Shown: positions 50,901-63,133 of the stretch, piece after piece | Position numbering within the stretch: the stretch's first letter is position 1 | Layout: each line of letters begins with the position of its first letter | NCBI GenBank assembly: GCA_024137785.1 | Contig: JAHRHZ010000289.1 | Span: forward strand, 29,059,511 to 29,123,510 | From: Ginglymostoma cirratum | Taxonomy: Eukaryota | DNA length: 64,000 nt | Reading direction: 5' to 3' | The notes under the pieces: generated by a model | What the model saw: only the letters and a program-made list of their open reading frames with translations | The model's database searches: none | Told to the model about the DNA's origin: nothing | Translations under genes and position numbers: made by a program

Positions 50901-52389
50901 CCCCCCACAGTGAAGTGTCTTCTTGTGGTTAGGTAATTGCCCAATTACACTGGAAACATCCTGAACAGGACAAAGTTGCACTCAATTTCAAATTCACCTA
51001 CACCCCTCCACATGATAGCATTCATTCACTCCCTTCTCTACCATTAAACTTGCCCCTGCCGCACACCACATTCTGTCCCCCTTCTCCTCCCATAAATTTC
51101 GCAGCCTTGACCTTTTATTACTTACTTTAATTCAGGGGAAAAAATAGCAGCTCTTATTTAATAATTCAATCTAAGTACTTAATTTGTTATCTTCATTTGT
51201 TAACTCAAATTCAATTATTATATCCATTTGTAATGGATTAACTATCAGTGGGCATACCACTTGACGAATGTGCTGCTCTCTTTTATATTCTAGTGAGTGT
51301 TCAGGAGCAGGTTGGTGAACACGTTTTGCAGCTGTATTTTGGTAGCTAATGTCAAGACATAAATTGAGATTCTTAAGAACAGATGTAAGTGTAGCCTTCC
51401 GCAAGACTTGCTAGGAGATATGTGTTTATGCATGAGATGCAAATAGATTTTCTTTGTCTTTTTCCTCTATCTTCACATTTCCTCGTCATCTCCCTATCAC
51501 TGTAATCAGCAAACCTTTTAGAAGTTTCAAACCCTGCTCAATCCACCATATAAAAGGTTATTGAATACCATGAAGAAAAGCCCAGCCCAGTTTTTCTTGT
51601 TTTTCAAATATCCCTTGTTTTTCAAAAGTAACTAATTCAAATTGAGAAGAACAAGCCATTTCTAATCTCTTCAGATAATAATCATCCTTTTGGTTCATGC
51701 TATAAATATGCATCTTTAACCTTCATTCTCAAGCAGATACTTGACATGCTATTCTTCATTTATGTGTCTCCTTATCATCTGACAACTCATACAAATGAAA
51801 TTAAAAAGGTGACTACAGATTATCTTGTGTTTGGGAGTAAGATATCCAGCTACTCTCACAAGTATGCTCTTTGTTGTATAAAGTGTTAGAATCCGAGGAA
51901 TGCGTTCACCCCATATCATGATATCAAATGAACTTGGGCAAATGATCACCTCTGTGTTTCAAATAAGATAAATCCATCATCTAGGTTTCTCTCATAAGCT
52001 TTGAAGAAATGTCTACCATACCAATGTAACACATACCTGACTGTTATCATGCAATAAGCTGCACCATGATTAACACAAAAGCATCTTCTTATTAGACTAT
52101 CATGTTAGACAAATCAGAGCCTGTGGATCCCATCCTAAAACAAGGATGGTGGCAGTAAATCTATTTCATGATGACCAAGAGTCCAGGTATTTCTGAGAAA
52201 ATGGTTAGTATGGGCGTGGAATTCAAGAAACTCGGAAGAATTTGTCAGACACAGCTTTAAGAGGGCTGCTCGTGCAGACAGTAAGCAACTGCAAGAGCTG
52301 AACATTCCAGGAGGCTACAGAAGAAAACTTCTTATCAAAATTCTACAAGGCAGAATCTACAGCTAAGGGCAAAAAGCATTTCAGACCTG

Positions 52390-53175
52390 ATGTGGAGCTG
52401 TTGGTATTGGATTGGGATGGACAAGGTCAGAAGTCACATGACACCAGGTTATAGTCCAAAAGGTTCATTTGAAATCATACACTTTCAGAGAGCAGCGCCT
52501 TTGTCAGGTGAAGTGAGAGATGAGCTCACAGACACAGAATTTATACGCAGAGAGATCAAGGGCAGAGAGATCAAATGATCATGTAAATATTGTGAGTGGA
52601 GTGTTGAATTATAAGTCTCTGCAGGTGATCAAAATGTTCAAACGATGTGAGTAAAGCGTCAACATCTGAATAATATGCAAAGGGATAACCTATAATCTGA
52701 TTAAATGAGGCAGAGAGATAATAACAAAAAACTAAAAATAAGGTGTTGCTGGAGACAAACCAAATGACTGGAATAATGTGATAGATATAAGAGTCACATA
52801 CCGAGGGTCTAACCAAAGTAATAAGTAATCCAAAACTGTACAAACTAATTAAGGTCGAGAGATCATAACAATTTATCAAGGTGATGGTGTCAAAACAGGA
52901 CTGTAAGGAAAATATTACAGATACAGAACAGTATGGCGGGGTCACATGTCACGCAACATGAAGCCAAGATCATGATTGAAGCCATCTTCGTGTGTACGGA
53001 AATTGGCTATCAGTTTCTGCTCAGTGATTCTGCATTGTCGTGTATCTCGAAGGCTGCCTTTGAAGATGCTTACCTAAAGATCAGTGGCTGAACATCCTTG
53101 ACTGCTGAAGTGTTCCCCAACTGGGACGGAACATTCCTGTCTGGTGATTATAGTGTGGTGTCTATTCATCTGTCG
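52390..53175 (-). mobile_element. Second PLE family, 3' fragment
   Basis: Reverse translation VPVGEHFSSQG...RITEQKLIANFRTHEDGFNHD (GIY-YIG C-terminus); decayed hammerhead cacctgacaaaggcgctgctctctgaaag. Confidence 0.8.
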
Positions 53176-53177
53176 TG

Positions 53178-53271
53178 GGAGCTGAGGGAGCTGGATAAAT
53201 GTCAAGGACTCCCCACTTGTAAATAAAGGGAGACTTGGTGACAGGATACCGGCCTCTGTGGAGTTATTTCA
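53178..53271 (+). mobile_element. Possible LTR 3' fragment
   Basis: aataaa followed by gacttggtgacaggataccggcctctgtggagttatttca ending in CA. Confidence 0.4.
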
Positions 53272-53399
53272 GAAAGTATTACATTTAATTCCACATGCAA
53301 ATTATTAATATAGATTATGAATAGTAGTGGCCCAAACACTGACGCGTGCAATTCCTCACTGGTCACAGCCTGCCAATCTGAGAATTACTCATTTATTCC

Positions 53400-53765
53400 T
53401 TTTTAAAATGTATTTATTGGAAGTGAGTGTCATTGGCTAGGACTAGTATTTATTGCCCATCCCCAATTGTCACTTCAACCGACTCATTTGCTGAGATAAT
53501 TGCAGAGGGCAGTTAAAAGTCAACCATGTTCCTGACGCCCTGGAAAGACATGTCAGATGCCAGATTTCCATCCCTAAAGGTCACAAATTAATCAGATGAG
53601 TTTCTATAACAATCGGCAATGATTACATGGTTGCTATTAGACTAATTTCTTTGATTCAAATTTCACCATCTGCCATATATGGATTTGAATCTCTATCCCC
53701 AGATCACTGACTGGAGTCTATGGATTACTGGTCAAGTAAAAATACTACTATACCATTACCTCCTC
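53400..53765 (-). mobile_element. Old SINE family A copy
   Basis: tttattgcccatcccc...aaatttcaccatctgcc...ccattacctcc. Confidence 0.75.
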
Positions 53766-53969
53766 ATATAGGTCCTATCCCGTGCTTTCTGCCTGTTAAC
53801 CAATGTTGGTGTTTTAATTATGTTTACAACCTCTTGTGTTGTATTTTGTCAAAAGCCTTCTGACAATGCATATACACTAAATCCACCAGTTCTCATTGTC
53901 AACTGTAACAGCAAGTTTTGCTAAAAATACTATATAAAATTTTTCAATGATACCAAGAACTTCAGATAT

Positions 53970-54105
53970 GGAATCAGAGCCAACACAGTGTGGAGCTGGA
54001 GGAACATGGCAGGTCAGGCAGCATCAGAGGCATAGGAAACATTGACGTTCCTATTCCTCTGATCCTGCCTGACCTGCTGTGTTCCTCCAGCTCCACACTG
54101 TGTTG
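53970..54105. mobile_element. Fold-back pair of older PLE termini (arms about 60 bp)
   Basis: caacacagtgtggagctggaggaaca...tgttcctccagctccacactgtgttg. Confidence 0.88.
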
Positions 54106-56139
54106 AATCAAATTTTTCAAACATAATTTCCACTTCATAAATCCACATTGACTGCTCAATCAGATACCTATTTTCTAAATATTCAATAATCACCTTTTAG
54201 TGTTTTCCTTATTTTGACATCAGGCTAACAGGGCTGAAGTTCACTGTTTTTTCTTTCCCTCTTTTCTCAAATGGTGGGGTTACATTTGTAACCTTGTTAT
54301 CTGAAAGCACAATGCAGATTTAATCAAATTTTACAAGGTGATCAATAATGAATCCATTATCTCTGGATCCACCTCTTTCTGCACTCATGGAGAAGGTCAT
54401 TGGGTCCAAGGGTTTTATCAACTTCTGGTCCCATTAATTTCTCCAAACCTACTTTCCTCTAAAGTTTATATTCTTTCAGTTTCGCATTTTCAGTAGACTC
54501 TTGGACAACATTTCTTTCAAGGAGACTTCTTCATTCTTGTTCTATGAAGACAGATGCAAAGTATTTATTTAGCTTCTCTGGCATTTATTTCCAATTATAA
54601 ATTCTCCTGTCTCTGCCTGTAATCATCCCATATTTGTTTTTTCACAATCCTTTCCCTTTTACGGAACTATAGAAACATTTACGATCTATTTTTCTGTTTC
54701 TTGTTGTTTCACATTCATATTCTGCTATTTTGTTATTAACTCCTTGGTCCCCTTTTGCCAATTTCTACAACTCTCCCAATCCTCAATCTTACACCTTTTT
54801 TTGACAACTTATATAAACTGCCTCCTTTGATAAAATGTTCTCTTCACTTTCCCTAGTTAGTCTTGTTGCTTTCCCTTTTCCACTTGGGAAGTTTCGCTTT
54901 AAAGGATTTATTTTGATGACGTTTTTAACTTGCAATTTCAAACTGTAACTTTTTTTTTAAATGGCTGTAGATCGAAATTAAGTGGCTGCCTGGTAAAAGC
55001 AAGCCAGGAATGTTACACTTCAATATGCAAAGCAAACTTCAAATAACAAAAGTTCAAATGGGAAAGAGGCAAGTCATTGTAAGCTGGAATGTGATTTCTT
55101 GTATCTACAAAGGTAATGAAAGGTTGACAACCCAACACTCAAAAGTAAGCTACATCCTTCAGGTTATGACCCAAACTGCAAATACATTTTGGTATTACTT
55201 CATGACACAATAGACGCAAGACAGGAGTTAAAAACCCAGTTGGAACTCTATGAGCGTATGCAAGTGAGTCTGAAGTTCTTGTGTGTGTCAGTTGGATAAG
55301 GTACCCATGAGTACTAACCTGGATTTGAACATTAACGTGGTTTGAAGGTCACAGGCAAAGAATTATCTACTAAGTACACCTGCTTTTCAGGTAAAGGGAT
55401 TCTGCCACCTTGAGTGCAAGAAACCAGATAGCTATCAAGCCATACAAAATAAAACAGAACAGCAAAAGAATTTGCAATCTCCTGAAATGCTGGAATTCAG
55501 TCACCATTGAATGAAATCAGAATGCCAGAATCTCAATCTACAAAACTAAGAACCTTGAAATTGACTTCTGAACAACTAATGGCAATGCTACAGGTACCCT
55601 TCATTGCAATCACTGCCACATTCAACTATCCTATCTTTTTGAACAATTCAGAGGCTAATCTGTATATCTGGATTACCTATGTTATTATAGGGCATAGATT
55701 TAATGCAAGGGTAGAGGGGTTGTGAGGCAATTTGTCTTCAGTCAGTTAGTAGTGGCAATCTGGAACTCACTGTTTGTGATCGTTAATTAGTGTACAGATA
55801 ATATGTGATTATCAGCACAGAAAACACAGGTAATTGCCAGGTTCACTGGAACTTAACAACATTAATCACACACTGTAATCACATACTGTCTGAACAGTCA
55901 TTGTCCAGTTCAATCAATACATTTCATTGCTACAAAAGCTCAGGCAATGCTTTCATCTTCCAGTCATTCAATAATGCAGCATTGTTTAAGGATGGCAAAG
56001 AAAGATATGTGTTCTAATTGAGGTATTACAAATAATTGAATGAATTAGTAGGGTATATAGAAATAAATGACTTCCTTTGATGGGTGCATTCAGGACAAGA
56101 TACAATAACCTTTTAAAAATAATAATGTCCTAACATAGA

Positions 56140-56620
56140 TCACATTTAACATAGTAAAACTAAACAACACAGTTCACTAGAGTTTGACATTGAACCACAT
56201 GGTATATTAGCACAAATATCTCAAACTTTAGGTGAAGAAGTATGATTTTAGGAACTTCTTATAGGAGGAGAGAGAAATGTGGATAGAGAAGCAGAGAGGT
56301 TTGGAAAGACAATTCCAGAGCTAAGGACAAAGCAGTAAAATTCAGGATGCTGAGAAAACCAAATTGGAGAAACTCAAAGATCTTTGAGCGATATATGGCT
56401 GGAGGAAATTATAATGAAAAGGAGGGATAAGGTCACGGATGAATTTGAAAATGATGCTAAAAATTTTGAAATAAAGGCATTGCCTGAGGGGAGCAAATGT
56501 AGATCAGCAAGCATAATGGAATGGATGGACAGGAGTGTGAGTTACAGTGACTTAAGACACAGATACCAGTTCAAGTTTACCGAGGGTGAAAGGTGGGAGG
56601 CTGGCAAAGCAATATTAGAA
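56140..56620 (-). mobile_element. L2-like LINE 3' fragment
   Basis: tttgacattgaaccaca...gaggagagaga...gagaggtttggaaagacaattccagagc. Confidence 0.55.
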
Positions 56621-56867
56621 TTGTCGCTATCAGATGAAGAGGGACAAAACAGCTCCCCACCATTTTGCCTTCTCCTTGTTTGGCCAAAATATATTTACTT
56701 TGTTTGAAGGATATAACTATTAATAAAGGGAATAATTAATATGCTGTGATCAGAAAAGAACCAATAGGACAGGTTTTCTTGTGTTTAACAAAGAAAGAAG
56801 TGAGTTTTTTTATATTTGTCCAATCTAACAAAAACAGAGATAGACTTTCACACAAATACAGAAAGAT

Positions 56868-56888
56868 TACACATACACACACACACAC
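56868..56888. repeat. (CA)n microsatellite
   Basis: acacatacacacacacacac. Confidence 0.7.
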
Positions 56889-57959
56889 GCAGTGATAACA
56901 GAGTAGACTCAGACGAGTGGAGTGGCAGGGGCTCAGGATAGCAAGGGATAGGGTCGCTCTCAAAAGGCTCTGTCCTTTGATGAAGAGGCCTTCATCTCCT
57001 TGAAGTGACAAATGGACCACACAGTTAGAGCTGCCAGAAACACCAGGCCTGCCTACAGTTTGGTTAATCCCAATGGTCATGGGATAAAGCCCTCAAGTGT
57101 TCACTGAACATCAATTGGGCACTTAAACAGTTAATTAGCAGCAAAATGGGAACATTGACCATAGGGTGTCCTGCCTAAAGTATAAATCAGGAAGCAGTGT
57201 TCAGGTACACAGCCTCCTGCCCTTTCCATCTCCCACCAGTGAGAGCTGGACATTTTACCCATAAACTTTAACAAACGTACACATCTTGCAGAAAACTGTC
57301 AGCATCCGATTTCATACAAAATTCAGAGCCAAACCCCAGTTCCTTTCCATCAATAAGACTGCCTGAATCATTACTACACTTGCAGGATAGTGATTCCTCC
57401 ATACACGATGAAGTTGACTACGCACATGAGTCAATGATTACAAAAGCTATTATGATCACAAGGCACTCTTTAGTACGTGAGACGATAAAAATCTGGATTT
57501 AGTTTCGATGCAAATAAGTCAGGAGTATCTCTCACGTTTTAATGAAGGTTCAATTTATTCTGCTTTTCCTGTTTTTGCTATCCAAATGTTCAATTATTTG
57601 ACAGAAATGCTCCACACTCCAGTGGATCTAACTGAGTGACTGAATATCGAGTCTTGGGCTTGTGTCAGGGAGCTTAATGAAGTGTTTCTTGCAGGTCTCT
57701 GAAATAAAGCTAAATAAATGCGTATTAATAGGTTTCATTGTCATTTGCATCTGTTTGAAAAAGTCCAGTGTATTGATATTTTAAGCAACATTGATTAGAG
57801 GACACAAGGAGAAGGATGGAGAAATATTAGTGTACTCAATTTACCATTTCTTGCCATAGTTCCTCTTTTGGACTGCGTAAGTTCCAGATCCATTTCATAA
57901 ATGGAATAGAATGCCAATCTGTAGTAGGATTAGGGCATCTAATTTGCGAATTAGAGCTT

Positions 57960-58202
57960 GGCATGAATTTAGCAAGCATTTTGACATATAAAGTGTCGCA
58001 GAAGTTTGAAATGCTCTTCCACAAATGGAATTGACGATAGATCAGTCATGCATTTGAAATCTGAAATACATAGATTTTTGGTGTCCAAAGATATTAAGGA
58101 ATACAGGGCAAAGGCAAGCATGTGAATTAGGTCATACATCAGTCATGTTCTCATTGAATGGTAGATCTTGCTCAAGGGGCGAAATAACCTCCGCCTGGTC
58201 CT
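57960..58202 (+). mobile_element. CR1 3' end fragment
   Basis: tttgaaatctgaaatacatagatttttg...ctcattgaatggtagatcttgctcaaggggcgaaataacctccgcctggtcct. Confidence 0.65.
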
Positions 58203-59070
58203 AATTTAAATTATATGTATATAGATTCATCCCACATGGTCCCTTGTCTGACCCATTATATATCCCTTGAATACAATTCATTTGTATCATTTTATATTAA
58301 TTTTATCTCAGTGAATTACTTTAAGTTTATGATACAGTGCAAGGAAGGGGGATAAAGATTGGGACAGAAATTGAGGTATCGGAAATATAGATAGAGGTAA
58401 TTAGATTAGAGTATGATGAAAAGAAAACTTGACAACTTGGATTAAATAAAGTTAAATGTTTTGTTTAGGTCTACATATATAAGTCTTTCAGAATTAGCAA
58501 GCAAACTGGATCACTTCTATAAAATTCACTTATATACATCCATTATTGTTGCAAAATCCTTTGATCAGTTTTTTACAATTTTATGCCAACAGACTAATGG
58601 CTTTTGCTTAAACTTCCATGCCATGCAGAGACTGCTAAACTTTGAGTTTTTGAAATTAAAAGTGCAAGTAATAGATCACAATATTATTTGAGAAATAGTA
58701 CTAAAAGCAAACAGAGCAGTGGGAACTGTACATAGTTGATGTAGATTATCAAAAGACTGTAGTAGCAGTTAGTGAGCTCCTGACATGAGCATCAAGGGTC
58801 GGCTTTTATATACAAGCAACCTGTATGCTGGCTAGGTTATAACCTTATAAAAGACTTACAGCATGATCATTGCACTCAGACAGGAATACAGAGAGTAGGA
58901 CCTGTCTTGGAATAGAACAGCCTTCAATTATGCACAAAATTATGTTTAATTAATATGTATTTGAATAGAAAAATGTATTTTAAATTGTTAAAATATTTAG
59001 GAAGTCCCATATAGCTTCCTTTAATAAAAAAAATCAGTTTAAAACTGAAGCAGGTAGATAAAATGATATT

Positions 59071-59709
59071 AGAGATAAAAGGTACTGCAGATGCTGGAGA
59101 ATCCGAGATAACAAGCATGGGGCTGGATGAACACAGCAGGTCAAGCAGCATCATAGGAGCAGGAAAACTTGACGTTTCGGGCCTAAACCCTTCATCAGAA
59201 ATGATTTCTGATGAAGGNNNNNNNNNNNNNNNNNNNNNNNNNNNNNNNNNNNNNNNNNNNNNNNNNNNNNNNNNNNNNNNNNNNNNNNNNNNNNNNNNNN
59301 NNNNNNNNNNNNNNNNNNNNNNNNNNNNNNNNNNNNNNNNNNNNNNNNNNNNNNNNNNNNNNNNNNNNNNNNNNNNNNNNNNNNNNNNNNNNNNNNNNNN
59401 NNNNNNNNNNNNNNNNNNNNNNNNNNNNNNNNNNNNNNNNNNNNNNNNNNNNNNNNNNNNNNNNNNNNNNNNNNNNNNNNNNNNNNNNNNNNNNNNNNNN
59501 NNNNNNNNNNNNNNNNNNNNNNNNNNNNNNNNNNNNNNNNNNNNNNNNNNNNNNNNNNNNNNNNNNNNNNNNNNNNNNNNNNNNNNNNNNNNNNNNNNNN
59601 NNNNNNNNNNNNNNNNNAAATTTCTGATGAAGGGTTTAGGCCCGAACGTCAAGTTTTCCTGCTCCTATGATGCTGCTTGACCTGCTGTGTTCATCCAGCT
59701 TGTTATCTC
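59071..59709. mobile_element. Head-to-head young PLE termini with 15-bp TSD, enclosing a 400-N gap
   Basis: TSD agataaaatgatatt at 59056-59070 and 59710-59724; junction ccttcatcagaaat-g-atttctgatgaagg. Confidence 0.92.
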
Positions 59710-62700
59710 AGATAAAATGATATTTCTTTTTTCTGTAACTATATTTGAGAATAATATGGATTCTGGTTCAAGATATAACGATTAATTTTAATTATGTTTG
59801 CTTTTGATCTGTTGCCCGTGATGAATCAAAATCAACGATATCAAAATGCCATTGCCCTTTTTCTTCCATGTGTATCATTCAGTATTAAAGGCGTATTGTA
59901 AAGATGACCAGTTGACTCACTGTTACTTTTAGGAGACAAAACTGTCAGGGTTTCATCATATTTCAATTGGAAGACAACCTCAGCTTTCACTCCTGTTTAG
60001 CGAAGTTTACAACCTTTCTTTTCTATTGTGTGACAGACTCGAAAATTGGGAGCAAATGCAGCTGGCCATTTTACATTATTACAGGTAATCAAAATGACCA
60101 CTCTTACACAAGAAAGCATTTTCTAAAGCCAGCCTTAAAATTATAATTTACTAACTTGAATCTATGACATCGTGTTCAACCACGATGAAGATAGATTTCA
60201 ACTGCTGGGTAGTTGACCAGCAGAACTCACTGGTAGATTGCTGACGTCAAAACTGTAAACCACCTCAATACATTAAAACACAGGCATTGTGTAACCTTGG
60301 CTGATAAGCTACAGGGCTCAATCTGGTCGGATTGATCCCTGATTTTAGAGGTACAGCAGTTGCCCAGGAAATGGTGCAGGCAATGATATGCTTAGAGGGC
60401 AGGGTCCTGGATAAGCAGCAAGTTGGATTTCTTTTTGTGATAATTGCAAGTGCCATTATGCAAAACTGCAGCTCAAAGACATCGCTTCACGTTCTCCTCT
60501 TGAAAACTTTTTCATTTCCAATAGGACTGATGAAAGCCCACACTGTGCGCTATAATTAGTTTCCACCTAAAGTGTCAATCAGTTTTCTATTTATGACATA
60601 GGATCCCAAATTCCTTATTAATGAGGCACTATTCGAGTGTGTTGAGTTTTAGAAACCAGTGGTGGGGTCCTTTTAAACAGGAACTAGTTGTTATCAGTGT
60701 TGATGAGGTAGTGAGTCAACCAACCCCATCTTGAGGCTAATAACAGCAGGTGACAGCATTCATTACTGAGCCCACCAAATGTTCCATTCTTACAATGATA
60801 TTCTGTAGCTCTAGAGTAACACCTTAAAATTCTAGGGCAGAGCACAAAGGTCCCTGGGCGGCAGGTTTACTAATGGGCGGGTGGCATTTGATTGGGTGTA
60901 ATGTCATTGGCATACCTGTCTGTTCCCTGAGATGCTCAAGCAAAGGCTTAATATAGCCCACTCTCCTTTGAAACTATAGAGGCCTCTAAGTCACTATTTC
61001 ATACCTGTATTGTTAATGTTGCCTTGCCAGTGGAGGCTGGTACCCCCACCAAAGGCTCATCAGATGCTTTCCCAAAAGGTTCCTCAACTCTGGCTTTCCC
61101 CTCAGTTCTGTTTATTGCTTCCTGGCCCCCATCACCCTCACTCCCCTTGTCAACGACTTGTCAATTGGCCCTGCTGAACTCCCCTTCTTCCCAAATTACA
61201 TCCCATCTGGTTCCAGCAGAAATCACTACCAGGGGCTGGATGCAGACTCATTAATGACCACTGTTCAAAATAGCAATACCAGGACTAATGAACTGTCAGA
61301 AATTTGATTAGTTGGCAAATTTCATAGAATGGACTTCCTGTCCAGACAGGGGTGGAAGTCCTGAACTGAGCCGAATGTCAAATGGCAACAGAGCAATTTG
61401 TCAAACCACATAGCTTTTCATGAAATAAGTGTGAATTCTGCTCCTCCTTTCTCAAGTGAAAAGCTTACATTTCTTCAGTCATTTCACATAACCCAGGCCC
61501 CTGGCAATGGGGTTTCAGTCTGAAATATTTGGTAAGTTTAATGTTAAACTTTTAATAATGACAATAAGTTAGTACTGAAGGAAAATTGAAGTTAGTTTTA
61601 TTGTAATGTATCGACTTCTCAAAAGCCTAAATACTTAGAAGTCAGCATTTCAATAAAGTAGTGACTTTCTTAAAATAATCCTCTTGAAGTAAAGATTGAG
61701 AAAAGCTTTTGTTGTTTCTTTCTCTTTAAATGCTTCTAAAAAAGATTACATGTACAATGGAACTTGTCCATAATGACATCCCTTCAGATCCAATATTCAG
61801 TGTTTACTTCTATAAGCTAAGATAAAAGAACAATAATGATTTGAACATGTAAAGCCACAGCACAAATAAGAGAATTGATTTCAATATCTTCACATTTATT
61901 TCAGTTCCAATTAATAGAGAAGTACTTTCTGTGTTCACAAAAAAATCCATTGTCCGCCCATATGATCCACAAAAGGTTTGAATTGTGGAAACATATGACA
62001 TTTGTCATTGAAAAAGCAAGAATGATGTATATTACATGCTAATCACTCAAATTGAACTAGGCTATGGTTGCTCACACTTAAGTAAACAAATTGTGCAGTC
62101 ATTGTCACATCTAACCACAAAATCTAGATATGTAATAAAGTATCTATTAGCCTTCAATGATCAAACTGATACAAATCCAACAATGTTTCTGTCACTAAGA
62201 ACCTTTCAGACATCTTCCTTTAAGTTGAAATCAGCAATGATTTGATGATTAGTCATTGCAGCCTTAGTATTGTATCCCTCAGTGGGTGATATAAAATAAG
62301 TGCCTTGATCAGGAAGATTGAAGAGCTGTTCTCACAGTTGTGACTGTGAGGTAATGGTCAAAACTGAGAGTGACATATCGAAATAAACTCATATCACTTG
62401 AACTGCACCAGTCGACGAGTAAATATTTATACTGCTGATGAATGCTCTGCTTTTTTCAGGGTTTGGGGAGATGCCAACAAACCCATAAAAATCTAATATC
62501 TTTGGGCATTCTTTCTACCTATAGATACAAGGCCAATTTTTCTCTCAATCATGCGTTTGGACACTACGCAGTCAGCACACACCCAAAATGCATTGACTGT
62601 AATGACATGGATCTCCAATCATGGAAATGGACAGGACTGCTCTTTAGGGACCTATAAAAAATAACCTGGACCATGGCCATAGTAGAAGCCCAACTCCATG

Positions 62701-62734
62701 ATTACAATGTAAGAAATACTTTTTTAAAATTCTT

Positions 62735-63095
62735 TTTAATCAGTTTGGATATCACTGGAAAGGCCATATTTATTGCACATCCCTAATTGTCCTTGTGATT
62801 AACCAGGGAATGTCTGAAGGCAGTTCAGAGTCAACCATTTTGCTGTGGGTCTGGAGTCACATGGAGGCCAGACCAGGTAAGGATGGCAGTTTCAACCCCT
62901 AAAGGACATTAGTGAACCAGATGGGTTTTTCTGAAAATCAATTCGTGGTCACTATTAGATTTTTAATTCTAGATATTTTATTGAATTCAAATTCCACCAT
63001 CTGCCGTGGCGGGATTCGAACGCTGGTCCCCAGAACATTATCTGGGTCCCTGGATTAACAGTCCAGTGATAATACCACTAGGCCATTGCCTCCCC
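62735..63095 (-). mobile_element. tRNA-derived SINE, full length (family A)
   Basis: Reverse complement starts ggggaggcaatggcctagtggtattatcactggac; B box gttcgaatccc. Confidence 0.9.
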
Positions 63096-63097
63096 TT

Positions 63098-63133
63098 AAA
63101 ATATATGGAACACTTCATGAATTTGCGTGTCGT
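63098..63133 (-). pseudogene. U6: U6 snRNA 3'-end fragment
   Basis: Minus strand acgacacgcaaattcatgaagtgttccatatatttt vs U6 3' end ATGACACGCAAATTCGTGAAGCGTTCCATATTTT (two CpG-type transitions, one more substitution, 2-nt insertion). Confidence 0.85.

Larger units (their letters stand above)
53275..54900 (-). mobile_element. Decayed CR1 LINE with nested SINE and PLE fold-back
   Basis: ttgtcaaaagccttctg (QKAFDK), gacatcaggctaacagggctga (PVSLMS), tccattatctctgg. Confidence 0.7.

Noticed and set aside
58924-59680. Long ORFs of 138-242 aa
   Set aside because: Artefacts of the N gap and palindromic PLE arms
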